Positions 1-13,709 of a DNA stretch of 64,000 bases are shown in pieces. The stretch is from Eledone cirrhosa. Taxonomy: Eukaryota. A program made the position numbers and the translations under genes. The notes below the pieces were generated by a model, which saw only the letters and a program-made list of their open reading frames with translations, searched no databases and had not been told where the DNA came from. The stretch's first letter is position 1; each line of letters opens with the position of its first letter. The DNA is taken from the NCBI GenBank assembly GCA_964016885.1, contig OZ024747.1:91016001-91080000 (forward strand), written 5' to 3'.

Positions 1-110
1 TTGTGCACTTTTACTCGACCTTATTGTAAACCCCCACTGTCCCTGTCTTTGTATTGTCCCCTACATGTGGGCCCCTGTGGCTAATAAATGAAATCATTAT
101 TATTATTATT
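1..110 (+). mobile_element. 3' end of L1/Tx1-type LINE (window-truncated)
   Basis: ttgtaaacccccactgt...tgtccc...cccctgtggctaataaatgaaatc(att)n resembles the 3' UTR of the Tx1-like fragment at 50608-50670 (minus). Confidence 0.5.
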
Positions 111-385
111 ATGCACTGGGTAATTGCTGGCCTTGTGCCAAACGTAGAAACAATTATTATTATTATTATCATTCAAATAAAGAAATCATTAAAATAAATA
201 AACAATAAAAAAAAAAAATAAATAAATAAAGAAATCATTATTATTATTATTATTATTTTAATTTTAAATTTTGTCTTGTATCGCTGTCAACTTAATAATA
301 TTTTTAATTTTTTAATTTTTAAATTTTCTTAATCCTTATTTTTTATGTCATGGCCTATTATGATTATTCATTCTTATTTGTGTGT

Positions 386-448
386 CCTTGAAATATGTAT
401 AATGAAATAAATATGGTTTATAAATATAGTTTCCATTTGTTAATATCG

Positions 449-451
<3 letters not shown>
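386..451 (+). mobile_element. PLE 3' terminal remnant with HHR 3' half (family of 6342/22612)
   Basis: ccttGAAAtatgtataatgaaataaatatggtttataaatatagtttccattt followed by (TA)n; reverse complement of 22570-22636; no CTGATGA upstream. Confidence 0.6.
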
Positions 452-515
<64 letters not shown>

Positions 516-588
516 TTTTTAAGCCTAGCTGAGGTCCATCCCTCTCCAGGCCTGAGTACAGCAGATTTCTTCCAGAGAGAGGAAGAAT

Positions 589-745
589 CGACCCCAGTAC
601 TTGATTAGTCCTTTTTTTTTATCGACCTTGAATGGATAAAAGACAAGGTTGACCTCGGCGGGATTTGAACTCAGAAAGCAGAGAGCCGCAATGAATGCCA
701 TAAAACATTCTATCCGACGTTCTAACGACTCTGCCAATTCGCTGC
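589..745 (-). mobile_element. tRNA-derived CORE-type SINE (family 1, older copy)
   Basis: B-box (ggatttgaactc on +), tttatcgacc core and ctgccaattcgctgc head match the full copy at 18415. Confidence 0.8.
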
Positions 746-880
746 GTTTCTTACCTATACAGACTTACAAATGTTTGAAGTGAACATCAACCCCATCACT
801 CTCAACGGTAAAGGTCACAAAAACAGTCTTTCTTCCTCTGGCTTACTCACAACAACAACAACAACACCACCACCACCACC

Positions 881-930
<50 letters not shown>

Positions 931-1108
931 CGAAAACAACAACAAACTATTTAAAAACAAACAGCTGTTACCAAAACTTATATTACAACTAAATGACTGT
1001 GAAATATGAAGAATTAACTAAAAGTATTTGGATGGCGTTTGTTACGGTAAAACAACAACAACAACAACAATAACAACAACAACAATAAAGCAATGATAAT
1101 AATAATAA

Positions 1109-1159
<51 letters not shown>

Positions 1160-1334
1160 CAACAACAACAACAACAATAATAACAATAAGAAAACAAATC
1201 CAGCCACGATCACCTTCGTACATGAATGTATTTAATAATTTTGCTGAAATAAACCTATAAATATAGTAGACATATCCATAGGCAAATAGTTTACAGAGCT
1301 GATGTAAAGCAAGGATGTGTGAAATAATTACTAA

Positions 1335-1530
1335 AACATAACATATAATAAACATAAAATATAACAAACATATAATAAACATAAAATATAACAAACATAT
1401 AATAAACATAAAATATAACAAACATATAATAAACATAAAATATAACAAACATATAATAAACATAAAATATAACAAACATATAATAAACACATAACAAAAT
1501 ATAACAAACATAATAAATATATAACATAAT
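1335..1530. repeat. 27-bp tandem minisatellite (acatataataaacataaaatataacaa)n
   Basis: about 6 direct copies visible. Confidence 0.85.
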
Positions 1531-1699
1531 ATAAGAAACTTATAATAAATATATAAGAAACATATAATAAATAAAATATAAATGAAAACGAAAAGAAGGT
1601 AAAAAAAATATATAGAATTATCTAGAAAATTGAGAAAGGTAAAAATGTATTGATCAGATATCACTCCAATCACTTACATAGTGACCTTATTGCTGTAAC

Positions 1700-1746
1700 A
1701 CGTGCCTATACACATATATACGTACATACACACACACACACACACT

Positions 1747-1834
<88 letters not shown>

Positions 1835-1874
1835 CATACATACGTACATATATATGCATACATACATATATACA

Positions 1875-1967
<93 letters not shown>

Positions 1968-2590
1968 ATATATACATTTATACATGCAAACATACACACG
2001 TACATACATATATGCATTTATACATATATATACATGCATTTATACATATATACATTCATACATAAATATATACATACATGCATACATACACACGTGCATA
2101 CATACGTAAATACATACATACATACATACATACATACATACATACATACACACATACATATATAAACATACATACACATATACATATATACATAGAAACA
2201 TGTATACACATGCTCATGCATACACGCATGAGCACATACATTACATACAGGTAAATATACATACATACATACAAACATACATATGCACGTACACACATAC
2301 ACACGTGCATACATACACACTTACGTAAGCACATACACACATACATACACACATATATACAAACACATATACATACATAAATATATACATACACACATAC
2401 ATTCATACATAAATACAGACAGACAAACACACATACATATACACATACATATACACATACATATACACATACATAAACACGTACATACATAGATGCATAC
2501 ATACAGTGAGACAAACATACATACATACATACATGCGTGTACATTCATTCCCACGCACAAACATATTGAAATACATACATACACTCATAT
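1700..2590. repeat. compound microsatellite (CA)n/(CT)n/(TA)n/(TACA)n
   Basis: direct inspection; representative of dozens of similar tracts across the window. Confidence 0.95.
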
Positions 2591-3541
2591 GCACAGTGTG
2601 GATATAATTTGATTTTAAAAATAATTTTCAACGTGTCTACTATCAATTGCAGGCTTCGATGGCTGCAATAACATCTAGGAAACCTTGATTGAAATATCTG
2701 AAAATGCTAGTTTCTCTGCTTAATCAAGCTTGTATATGCTTTTTAAATGTCACTAACTTGATTTTCACACGAAAATTGTCTTCTCAACTATTAAAGCAAA
2801 AGCTATTGGCATTTTCATTATTTTGTAATTAGTGAAGGTCAATGAAGTTGTAGTTTTGTTTAATTACAGATTTTAATGTGCGAGTGAAAGTAGGCCGCTT
2901 AAACAGTCAACGAAGATATTTCTTCTCTCAGGGTGGCAATAGATTTTTTTTTAACAAATTATTAGCGCAGCTAAGTGAATAATTGATAAGCATGATTTGC
3001 GAAATGTTTTCTTAGAAGTGCAAACATTACTGGAATGAAAAGCGAAGATTATAATGATGTCTGCTTCGAATGGCTGTTTTAAAAACGAACACAGAAACAA
3101 TAAAATAAACAAAAGCAAACAAAAATTGTTTTAACTTATTATGACTTAGGAAATTACTTGTGAGAATGATATTCACAAATGATTACCTGTGCGATGTTTA
3201 GTTATAACACCGTACGCACATATAGGAACTCTGAGAACTAAGATACACGTATGTATACGAGTATATGTTAGCACGAAAATCTGCTTTCGTATACAATGAG
3301 TTATGTGGTTTGTTGATGAATATTCAAGAGTTAAATTTATATATATATATAAATGTATATATATATATATATGTATGTATGTATGGATATATATATGTAC
3401 ATGTATATGTATGGATATGCATATGTATGTATGGATATGTATATGTATGTATGTATGGATATATATATGTATATGTATGTATGTATGGATATATATATGT
3501 ATATGTATGTATGGATATATATATACATATATGGATATGTA

Positions 3542-3626
<85 letters not shown>

Positions 3627-4225
3627 ATCCATACACACGCACATATATATATATATATATACATATATATATACATATATATGTATATGTATGTATATAT
3701 TCATTCATATATTTGCATACATACATACATGCATGTATACACACAGGAGATACAAATATAGAAACATCCAAACAAAATTTTGCATAATTATAACATATTA
3801 ATGTGTGTATATAACAAGAGATGTATATTTGGTTGAGTGTGTGTCTGTAACTATGTGTGTGTCTGTGTGTGTGCATGTGTGTGTCTGTCTGTTTGTGTCT
3901 GTGTCTGTTTGTGTCTGTGGCTGTGTGTGTCTGTGTATGTGCATGGGTGTGTCTGTTTGTGTCTGTGTCTGTGTGTGTCTGTGTATGCGTGTGTGTCTGT
4001 GTGTCTGTTTGTGTCTGTAACTGTGTGTGTGTCTGTGTGTGTGCATGTGTGTGTCTGTTTGTGTCTGTGTGTGTGTCTGTGTATGCGCGTGTGTGTGTCT
4101 GTCTGTCTGTCTGTGTCTTTCCGTATTTATTAAAGTTTTTATTAAATCACATTTGCGATTATCTTTATCTAAAGAACATTATATACATGAATATCAACGT
4201 ATGCGATTCAACCTCTCACTCTCAA

Positions 4226-4300
<75 letters not shown>

Positions 4301-4306
<6 letters not shown>

Positions 4307-4502
4307 GTGAGGTTTTTTTACAAAATGAAAAATAACCGAGGTGTCCTACACGAGTGAAAGTATAAAGAAAAAGAGATGAAATCGAAAATGCAAATGGAGT
4401 CTTATTTAAAAAAAAATATATATATATATTTATTTGGTTCCTATATATTTTTTTTTTTAAAAATAAGACTCCATTTGCATTTTCGATTTCATCTCTTTTT
4501 CT
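4301..4502 (-). mobile_element. fold-back PLE-type mini-element (family of 43545-43719)
   Basis: inverted arms ~4366-4421 / 4442-4502; unpaired tail 4301-4365 abuts (TA)n and is the reverse complement of 43652-43719. Confidence 0.75.
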
Positions 4503-4528
4503 CTCTCTCTCTCTCTCTCTCCCTCTCT

Positions 4529-4610
<82 letters not shown>

Positions 4611-4611
<1 letters not shown>

Positions 4612-4789
4612 GGAAAATGTTTGATCCCGGCGGCAGAGCTCAAACCGTTTCGACGGCGGCTATTTCTGGACTCCAGAAATAGCCGTCGAAACGGCTTGAG
4701 CTCTGCCGTCGAGGTCAAACATTTTCCCATCACCCACTCTACTGCCCTAAGTATTGAGTACTCTGGTGCGTTATGGTCCATCTGGTTCG

Positions 4790-4790
<1 letters not shown>
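4611..4790 (+). mobile_element. fold-back mini-element, GAGCTC family
   Basis: ~55-bp inverted arms 4612-4727, then conserved tail cccactctact...aagtattgagtactctggtgcgttatggtcca; (TA)n on both sides. Confidence 0.85.
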
Positions 4791-4870
<80 letters not shown>

Positions 4871-5679
4871 TGTGTGTTCAGCATATATAAAATGAAATAA
4901 ATTTGGTTCATCTTGTGAAGGTTATTGTAATAAGTATATTTTATAAGGAACGTGAAAAGTGGCCTACACCTCTGCAGCCCTTTACTTTAGCCTTTTATAG
5001 CAGAGCTATCAAAAGCTGGATAACCTCTCATAATGACCCAAAATATTCAGACAACAAAGAGTAGAATTTTCATCATGAACAGGAAGTACTTTAATGTTGA
5101 ACAGCTGTTAGTCCTTCACAAAGCACGAAGACACTGCACACGAAAGTACTCGCCATCCAGCTGGAACCAGAACATCCAGTAACAACGTACACACACACAC
5201 ACACACAGACACAGACACACACACAGACACACAGACACACACACACATACATATACACATACACATACACACATACACGCACACACATACACACACACAC
5301 ACAGACACACCCACACACATACACACACACACACACATACACAGACACACACTCACACAGACACACGCACACAAACATACACACAAACACACACACACAC
5401 ACACATACACACACATACACACACACAAACACACAGACACACAGACACACACACACACACACATACACACATACACACACACACACACACACACATATAT
5501 ACAGACACACACTCACACAGACACACGCACACGCACATACACACAAACACATACACACACACACATACACACACACATACACACACACACAGACACACAG
5601 ACACACAGACACACACACACACAAACGCATACACACACACACACAGAGACACACTCACACAGAGACACACACACACACA

Positions 5680-5717
<38 letters not shown>

Positions 5718-5820
5718 TATGTATCAAAATGGATTCAATATAACTAGATATTGGAACGGCAAGAGCTCAGCCGTTGGTGTCCGACTCTTTCTAATATCTC
5801 TCTCTCTATATATATATTTA

Positions 5821-6030
5821 ACTAGAAAAGAAACAAACAACTCAATATATAACTACTCCATTACCAAAGGTTTCAGGAATCTAGACAATATTAATATACG
5901 TCTGATGAACTATCCAGACGTATATTAATATTGTCTGAGGTCCTGAAACCTTTGGTAATGGAGTAGTTATATTTTGAGTTGTTCACTTTCTAATTAAATA
6001 GTTCTGTTCTATAAATAGAGCACTCTTTTT
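5821..6030 (+). mobile_element. fold-back mini-element with HHR core remnant
   Basis: arms ~5838-5904 / 5916-5983; CTGATGA 5902-5908 at the apex; GAAACC-ttt-GGTA 5945-5957. Confidence 0.7.
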
Positions 6031-6064
6031 TCCTTTGCTTTTTCTTCGGAATTACTTAACATAT

Positions 6065-6242
6065 AAAAGGATCGATCGACTTTCGTCAAATCGGGCCGAG
6101 GAAACAATGTTTTCGTCGGTCTTTCCAGTTGCTAATACTATCTATCGGTCGCAACTACAGGTAGAAGGAGCAACGTGAAATAAAGTGTCTTGCTCAAGGA
6201 CATAACGCATTGCCCTGTCCAGGAATCAAACTCACAACCTCA
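6065..6242 (-). mobile_element. SINE family 2 fragment
   Basis: ggagcaacgtgaaataaagtgtcttgctcaaggaca...ggaatcaaactcacaacc matches 38932-39271. Confidence 0.7.
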
Positions 6243-6244
6243 AG

Positions 6245-6296
<52 letters not shown>

Positions 6297-6341
6297 TTAA
6301 ACAATATTAATAAATGGAAAATATCTTTATAATACCATATT

Positions 6342-6401
6342 TATTTTATTATACGTATTTCAAGGATACTAAATTTTAGTATGCTTTCATCAGATAAAAT
6401 A
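6342..6401 (-). ncRNA. minimal type-I hammerhead ribozyme (PLE pLTR)
   Basis: minus strand: tattttat CTGATGA aagcatactaaaatttagtatcctt GAA ATACGTAT A ataaaata; 8-bp stem I, long stem II, palindromic stem III, AUA cleavage triplet. Confidence 0.85.
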
Positions 6402-6402
6402 T

Positions 6403-6592
6403 AATTGTTTCTACGTTAGGCACAAGGCCAGCAATTACCCAGTGCATTACTGGTACTTTATTTTATCGACCCCGTAAGGATGAAAGTCAAAGTTAACCTC
6501 GGCGGAATTTGATCTCAGATCATAAAGGGACGTGAATCTATGCTTCAAAGCATGGTGTCCGACTCTCTACCGATACTGCCAATCCACCGCCC
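6403..6592 (-). mobile_element. SINE family 1 with 21-bp TSD
   Basis: TSD tttcatcagataaaatataat at 6385-6405 and 6603-6623. Confidence 0.9.
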
Positions 6593-6905
6593 ATAGAGAA
6601 AATTTCATCAGATAAAATATAATATTTGGTGATAAGATATAGACATACCTTAGCGTAAACTTAATAGTATTAGCCTGTTATCGGTAGTGAGGTAAACATT
6701 CAAAAACACAAGAGATATAAGTTAACAAGGATACATTAAAACAAAGGACCGTTATAATACGCATAATAAAATAAATCTTCTATTATAAAGATACTTTCCA
6801 TTTATTAATATTGCTAATATTAATAATACTCCAGATAATACTGTAGAGTGCTTCAAATCTGTTATAAAATTAACTCTGTTGAATAATATATATATATATA
6901 TATAT

Positions 6906-7077
6906 ATAGGAAAAAGTATGACTCCGACGGCAGAGCTCAAGCCAGAAATAGCCGTCGAAACGGCTTGAGCTCTGCCGTCGGGGTCATACTTTTTCCTATT
7001 TCCCACTCTACTACCCTAAGTATTGAGTACTCTGGTGCGTTATGGTCCATCTGGTTCCTTACCACAATTCCTTTGTT
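6906..7077 (+). mobile_element. fold-back mini-element, GAGCTC family
   Basis: arms 6906-6943 / 6962-6999 plus conserved tail; between (TA)n tracts. Confidence 0.85.
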
Positions 7078-7104
7078 ATATATATATATATATATGTATG
7101 TGTG

Positions 7105-7147
<43 letters not shown>

Positions 7148-7149
7148 TT

Positions 7150-7440
7150 TTAGCTCTGGACTTAGCTATCCACCAGTTAATTTTATTGCTCATTTTTTGT
7201 TGATTCTATTGAGTGATGAATAGCTTTTGTTTTATTTTAACATGTCTATTGAGCACTCTTATTCGATATGTGTATTTCCACATTTCCTCGAATAGTTTTC
7301 GCGGATGTAGAGGTTATCTCCCTTGTCGAATGCCATGTGCGTATTTCACTGGTGGTTAGCCCCTTATCCGCTAGGAAAAAGCTCGTTGATGATGTAAACT
7401 CCATTCCTCTTGCTCTAGTAGGCTTTTATATTTATATGTG
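7150..7440 (-). pseudogene. highly decayed PLE GIY-YIG endonuclease remnant
   Basis: shares gctcgttgatg (7381) with the GIY-YIG remnant at 16082; minus frame ends INWWIAKSRA, like the I.W.I block. Confidence 0.35.
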
Positions 7441-7537
7441 AGCTGATAGAGTACAGTCTAAGGATTTACAGAAACCCAAGAAGCTAGATTTAACACCTTT
7501 CTAGTGGGTCCGGGTATGATTTTACATTCATTTAAAT

Positions 7538-7759
7538 TATTGATGTATTGTTTTATTGATATTTTTTATCTGTTTGTCCCGAATCTTCTATTATCGATTT
7601 TTTATCGTATGGTTGATTGTAGACTTGTTCTATGTGTGACGGTATTTTAACGATAGTTATAGCTCTGATTCATCTGAATTATTGAGCCCTCTGCCGCTCA
7701 TTTCGAATATTGTTTATCGTGAACTCGTGCGCCGATTTTTCGATACTCGATCTTTCTAA
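7538..7759 (+). repeat. ~220-bp dispersed repeat ending in (TA)n (copy 1; probable PLE 3' end)
   Basis: near-identical to 23647-23869. Confidence 0.85.
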
Positions 7760-7782
7760 TATATATATATATATTTATATAT

Positions 7783-8127
<345 letters not shown>

Positions 8128-8701
8128 AACCTAATTGTAAACTGTCTCATAGAAAAATCCATCTACATGACAAAATTTCAGGTCCTATCATTTAACAATC
8201 AGTTGCTCACGGCTGAGGTATGTCCGTTCATTGTTTCCACTGATGTTATTACACAATTACAAAATGTTTCTTTTCCGAATATATGGACGTTTGACAATAT
8301 CCACCAGAGTGGATTCCATTACATTAGACTGTCATATTTATTCAGAGGCCGGAAGAGCAATCCATTTTTCTTCTCTTCAAATTTCAATGTTGACTATAAT
8401 TTCTCCAATATCAGTTTCCCTGACCATACCAGATGCACAACAATATTTCAAACAACAACAACGACGACGACGACGACAACAACAACAGGAACAACACTAA
8501 CTACAACAACAACAATTAAACAACCAAAATCTTTCGACACATTACTTCTATGCAGGTTATCTATACCTCGAAGTCTAGAAGATCTTCAAAATAGATATAG
8601 TTTCCTCGCCTTATCAGACTAACAGGCAGAGAAAGAAGGACGTAGAGAATGGAAGAGAGAACGAGGGAAGAGAGTGTGTGAGAGAGAGAGAGAGAGAGAT
8701 A

Positions 8702-8772
<71 letters not shown>

Positions 8773-8805
8773 AGAGAAAGACAGAGAAATAGAAATATGT
8801 AGATA

Positions 8806-8857
<52 letters not shown>

Positions 8858-9004
8858 ACAGAAGGTTATTTGTCACCAATATACAGAACATCTCCATAAA
8901 AAGATCACTAAAATATATTTAATTCAAAGTAGCAAATACATATAGACGGTAGTAATGCCTCTGGTCTTAGGTAGCTTTACTAAATATCTACGATTTTGTA
9001 TTGG

Positions 9005-9049
<45 letters not shown>

Positions 9050-9071
9050 CACATACACATATATATATATA

Positions 9072-9153
9072 TACCTACCCACTCTACTACACTAAGTATT
9101 GAGTACTCTGGTGCGTTATGGTCCATCTGGTTTCTTACCACATTTCCTTTGTT
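9072..9153 (+). mobile_element. tail-only copy of GAGCTC family
   Basis: cccactctactacactaagtattgagtactctggtgcgttatggtccatctgg between (TA)n tracts. Confidence 0.8.
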
Positions 9154-9257
9154 ATATATATATATAGTTATATGATGGCTGCTCCCTCGTTATCGAACAT
9201 GGCCATTGCACGATATACCATTATTAATAATTATTAATTAAATCTATTGTTTTAAAT

Positions 9258-9336
9258 CGATCCTTACGGGGTCGATAAAATAAAGTACCAGTAATGTACT
9301 GGGTAATTGCTGGCCTTGTGCCTAAAGTAGAAACAA
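9258..9336 (+). mobile_element. 5'-truncated SINE family 1 with 18-bp TSD
   Basis: TSD attaattaaatctattgt at 9233-9250 and 9336-9353. Confidence 0.8.
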
Positions 9337-9837
9337 TTAATTAAATCTATTGTGCAATGCCTGTGCGTGAAGATATTTTTCAAATGAGGAAAGACTGTGT
9401 ACTGAGCCAATCCCACTCTCTGAGCGACAGTAGCTATAACCCGAAAAGAAGCAAAGATCAACATCATCGGTAACTACTGAGCTCCAGGTTTTATATCGGA
9501 GTTATCCCAGTTTCCTGAGTTGCCTTCTCCTAGAAGAATGCCCTGACAAAGTCTAGAGGTCCTTCACTCCCAATGGTTTAACCGCGCAATCGGGTGTCCA
9601 ACCCGACTATTTCTATGTCCCCGCGCATATACATACACAAGCACCCATGTATATACACATATTCATATACATACATATGTACATGTGTATATACATATTT
9701 ACACACTTTTGGATGGCCGCTGACTGTTATGAGTTCTTCCCCCCTTTGTCAGGTTTTATTTTTTGTCCTGCAGGGAGTCCAAAATCACCCTCCTCACCAA
9801 GTAAACTAGGTGGGGTTGCCGGTTTATATATATATAG

Positions 9838-9887
<50 letters not shown>

Positions 9888-9920
9888 TCTATAACTTCAT
9901 TCTGTCATTACCGCAGCAGA

Positions 9921-10005
9921 GGTCCGACGAGCTTTTGATTCCAGAGTCGGTCCGGATCGATACAGATCGAACCTTCAGCTAATCAATAGTGAAACGCGCT
10001 TCACC
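9921..10005 (+). ncRNA. degenerate hammerhead motif
   Basis: ggt CCGACGA gcttttgatt...aatcaatagt GAAACGCG cttc acc, then AATAAA; core mutated. Confidence 0.45.
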
Positions 10006-10059
10006 ATTCAATAAACTTAATGAAGACATAACAAATCGTCCTTTTATTATTATATTTAC

Positions 10060-10188
10060 ACTTACGATCTGAGTTCAAATCCCGCCGAGGTTGACTTTGC
10101 CTTTCATCCTTACGGGGTAGATAAAATAAAGTACCAGTAATGCACTGGGTAATTGCTGGCCTTGTGCCTAAAGTAGAAACAATTATTA
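10060..10188 (+). mobile_element. SINE family 1 (5'-truncated)
   Basis: B-box gagttcaaatcc, CORE-like block and gtagaaacaattatt tail. Confidence 0.85.
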
Positions 10189-10380
10189 TATTTGCACTTT
10201 GTTTAGCGCTACACCTTGTTACAGACGTGAAGCTACTCGTCGAGTGCTCACCTTGGTGAACCTACAGCAACTGCACATCACACTCGCGTCACACTCACGT
10301 CACCTATACACACACACACGCACACGCACATATATATATATATATTATACATGTATGTATATATATATATATATATATAT

Positions 10381-10616
10381 AATATAAGATCAAAAGATGG
10401 TTAAAGGAGTTCCATGTATTTTATTATGCGCATTTCAAAAACAAACATCATCATGCAATAATATTTGTGTTTTCATCAGATAAAACAGGAGAACATGATA
10501 CGAAGGCTAAAAAACACTTGTGGATAGTGCAGTTTTAAATCAACATATCATTTTGTTTTTGAAATGCGCATAATAAAATACATGGAACTCCTTTAACCAT
10601 CTTTTGATCTTATATT
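10381..10616. repeat. inverted repeat enclosing an HHR (PLE inverted pLTR)
   Basis: 65-bp arms 10381-10445 / 10552-10616; bounded on the left by (TA)n. Confidence 0.85.
10419..10485 (-). ncRNA. minimal type-I hammerhead ribozyme
   Basis: minus: ttttat CTGATGA aaacacaaatatta...tgatgtttgttttt GAA ATGCGCAT A ataaaa; palindromic stem III. Confidence 0.8.
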
Positions 10617-10701
10617 ATGTATACTCCAGTCCTACAAACTGTAGAGTGCTTCTTATCCGATATCTGCATTGCTTTATTGTACTACAATAAAACTCACCTC
10701 C

Positions 10702-10782
<81 letters not shown>

Positions 10783-11153
10783 CACACACGCACACACATA
10801 CACACACATATATATATATATATTTATGTGTGTGTGTATCCATATAGAGAGGGTAGAAGTGAGCAAGACCATTGAACTCTGTTTCGTTTCGTCGAAACCT
10901 TAATACCTTTTCTATATTTCCATGCAGCGAGGAAGTTATTTCATGGTTTCATGGCTAGTAGAGTTTTATGGAGCAACATTTATGTACTGTTTATCTTCCA
11001 TAGCTAACGTCTGTGTCTGTTCCGTGTGTTTGTGATTGTCTATATAGGTTAATATGTAGAGGAGTCATCATTTCACCATTGTTGCACTTAAGATTTGTAA
11101 TTGAATCTTAGTGTTCACGGACACACAACTGCACACACACAGACACACAATGG

Positions 11154-11189
<36 letters not shown>

Positions 11190-11366
11190 GAGACACACAA
11201 CTGCACCCCCCCCCCCACACACAGAGACACACAACTGCACACAGACAGACACACAATTGCGCACACACACAGACACACAACTGCACAGACACACACAGAC
11301 ACACAATTGCACACACACACACACACACACACACACAACTGCACAGACACACACAGACACACAATT

Positions 11367-11425
<59 letters not shown>

Positions 11426-11729
11426 CAGGCAGACACACAACTGCACACATACAGACACACACAGACACACAATGGCACACACACACAGACACACAACTGC
11501 ACACAGACAGACACACAATTGCACACACACACTGACACACAACTGCACACATACAGACACACAAAAACATACACACAGACAGATACATTTATATACGTAT
11601 TCACATGCATATATACATATATACATACATACTGTAAATATATAAATACTTGCATGCGTACATACATACATTCATACATACATACATACATTCATACATA
11701 CATACATACATACATACATACATACATAC

Positions 11730-11835
11730 ATAGGAGACAGTATGACCCCGACGGCAGAGCTCAAGCCGTTTCGACGGCTATTTCTAGCCGTCGAAACGGC
11801 TTGAGCTCTGCCGTCGGGGTCATACTGTCTCCTAT
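11730..11835. mobile_element. perfect 51-bp-arm palindrome, GAGCTC family (tail-less)
   Basis: 11730-11780 is the exact reverse complement of 11785-11835; 4-nt loop tttc. Confidence 0.9.
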
Positions 11836-11954
11836 ATATATATAAATATATATATAAATAGATAAATACATTATACATATGTACATGCGTACATACATAC
11901 ATGCACTGATACATACATATATACATATGTACGTACATACATACATATACAAGT

Positions 11955-11993
<39 letters not shown>

Positions 11994-12214
11994 AATGCGT
12001 AAATACATCATACATACATGCGTACATACATACCTACATACATGCATATATACGTACATATATATGTACAGTTATCAATACATATATACATACATTGAAG
12101 CATATTGTTTCAGGTACACAGACGTACCTATGAATATATTATATTCATATATTCCTATGTACATGTGTATTTGCATATGGCTGTCTGTATTATATATTCA
12201 TATATATATATATG

Positions 12215-12330
<116 letters not shown>

Positions 12331-12472
12331 TGTATGCATGTATATATGTATATATATATATGTATGTATATATGCATAAATGTATGTATATGTGTATGTA
12401 TGTATATAAGTGTGCATGTATGCATGTATGTATTTATGCATATATGTAGGACGTATTTATATATATATATAT

Positions 12473-12645
<173 letters not shown>

Positions 12646-13624
12646 GACACCCATATATGTGTGTGTATACATATGTATGTATATATATGTATATATATGC
12701 ACGTAAATGAAATATAGAATGTGTAACGGATGAATGAATGATGATGGATGAATAAATTAACACCAGAAAAACTGATAGAGAACTGTTGAACTTTATTTCA
12801 ATCTGAATTTTAAATTTGTCCAGATTTAACCATGCTGTCTCCTGATCAGGTATCTTTTGCAATAGTTCCAACGATTGAATGATATCGGTGTTGTCTTTCA
12901 TCTTGTTCTGTTTCATATCTGTCTCACGTCAGACGACTCCTATCATTAGCGTTCGTTAATTTATGATGCAGACACAAGTTCGGAAAGGTCAACTGTCCAC
13001 GAAATGGAGAAACAGTACGATTTCTAGTGAAGTAAAAACCCGGAGAGAGAGAGCGAGAGTGAGGGTGAGTGGGGGCGGGTGGGAGGGAGGGAGAGTAGAG
13101 AGAGAGAGAGAGAGAGTGAGACTGAGTGGGGGAGAGACAGAGAGAAGGAGAGATAAAGAGAGAGATGCGTGGAGAAAGAGAGAGAGAGGGGATGAGAAAG
13201 AGAGAAGGAGAGAGAGAGGGAGAGAGAAAGAGAAGGAGAGAGAGAGAGCGGGGTGTGTGTGTGTGAGAGAGAGAGACAGAGAGAGCGAGGAGAGTGAGAC
13301 GGAGAGAGAGAGAGGGAGATAAGGAGAGGTGTGGCGAGTAGAGAAGAGAGAAAGGGAGATGAAGAGAAGGGAAAGAAATTGTACATGCATATGCGTCTTA
13401 AAGATGTGACATATATTACCGTAAAGCAACTGTATAAGAGAATGTAAGGAAAAGATAACTGGAGGAAGCAGATCTAGAGTTTAGAAATGTCTGGTGCTGA
13501 ATAACGTTGGTGAAAATATTTGCACAGAATTGTGTAAATGTGTGAGTGTGAGTGAATGTGTGAATGTGTGCGTGTGTATGATTCTCTGTGATATACACAC
13601 ACGCATACACGCACACACACACAC

Positions 13625-13709
<85 letters not shown>

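Noticed and set aside
2592-2640. CACAGTG heptamer as a Transib/RSS end
   Set aside because: No matching inverted end, nonamer or transposase seen
12760-12916. Minus-strand [11 protein letters not shown]... reading frame as a host exon
   Set aside because: No recognisable homology and weak splice signals
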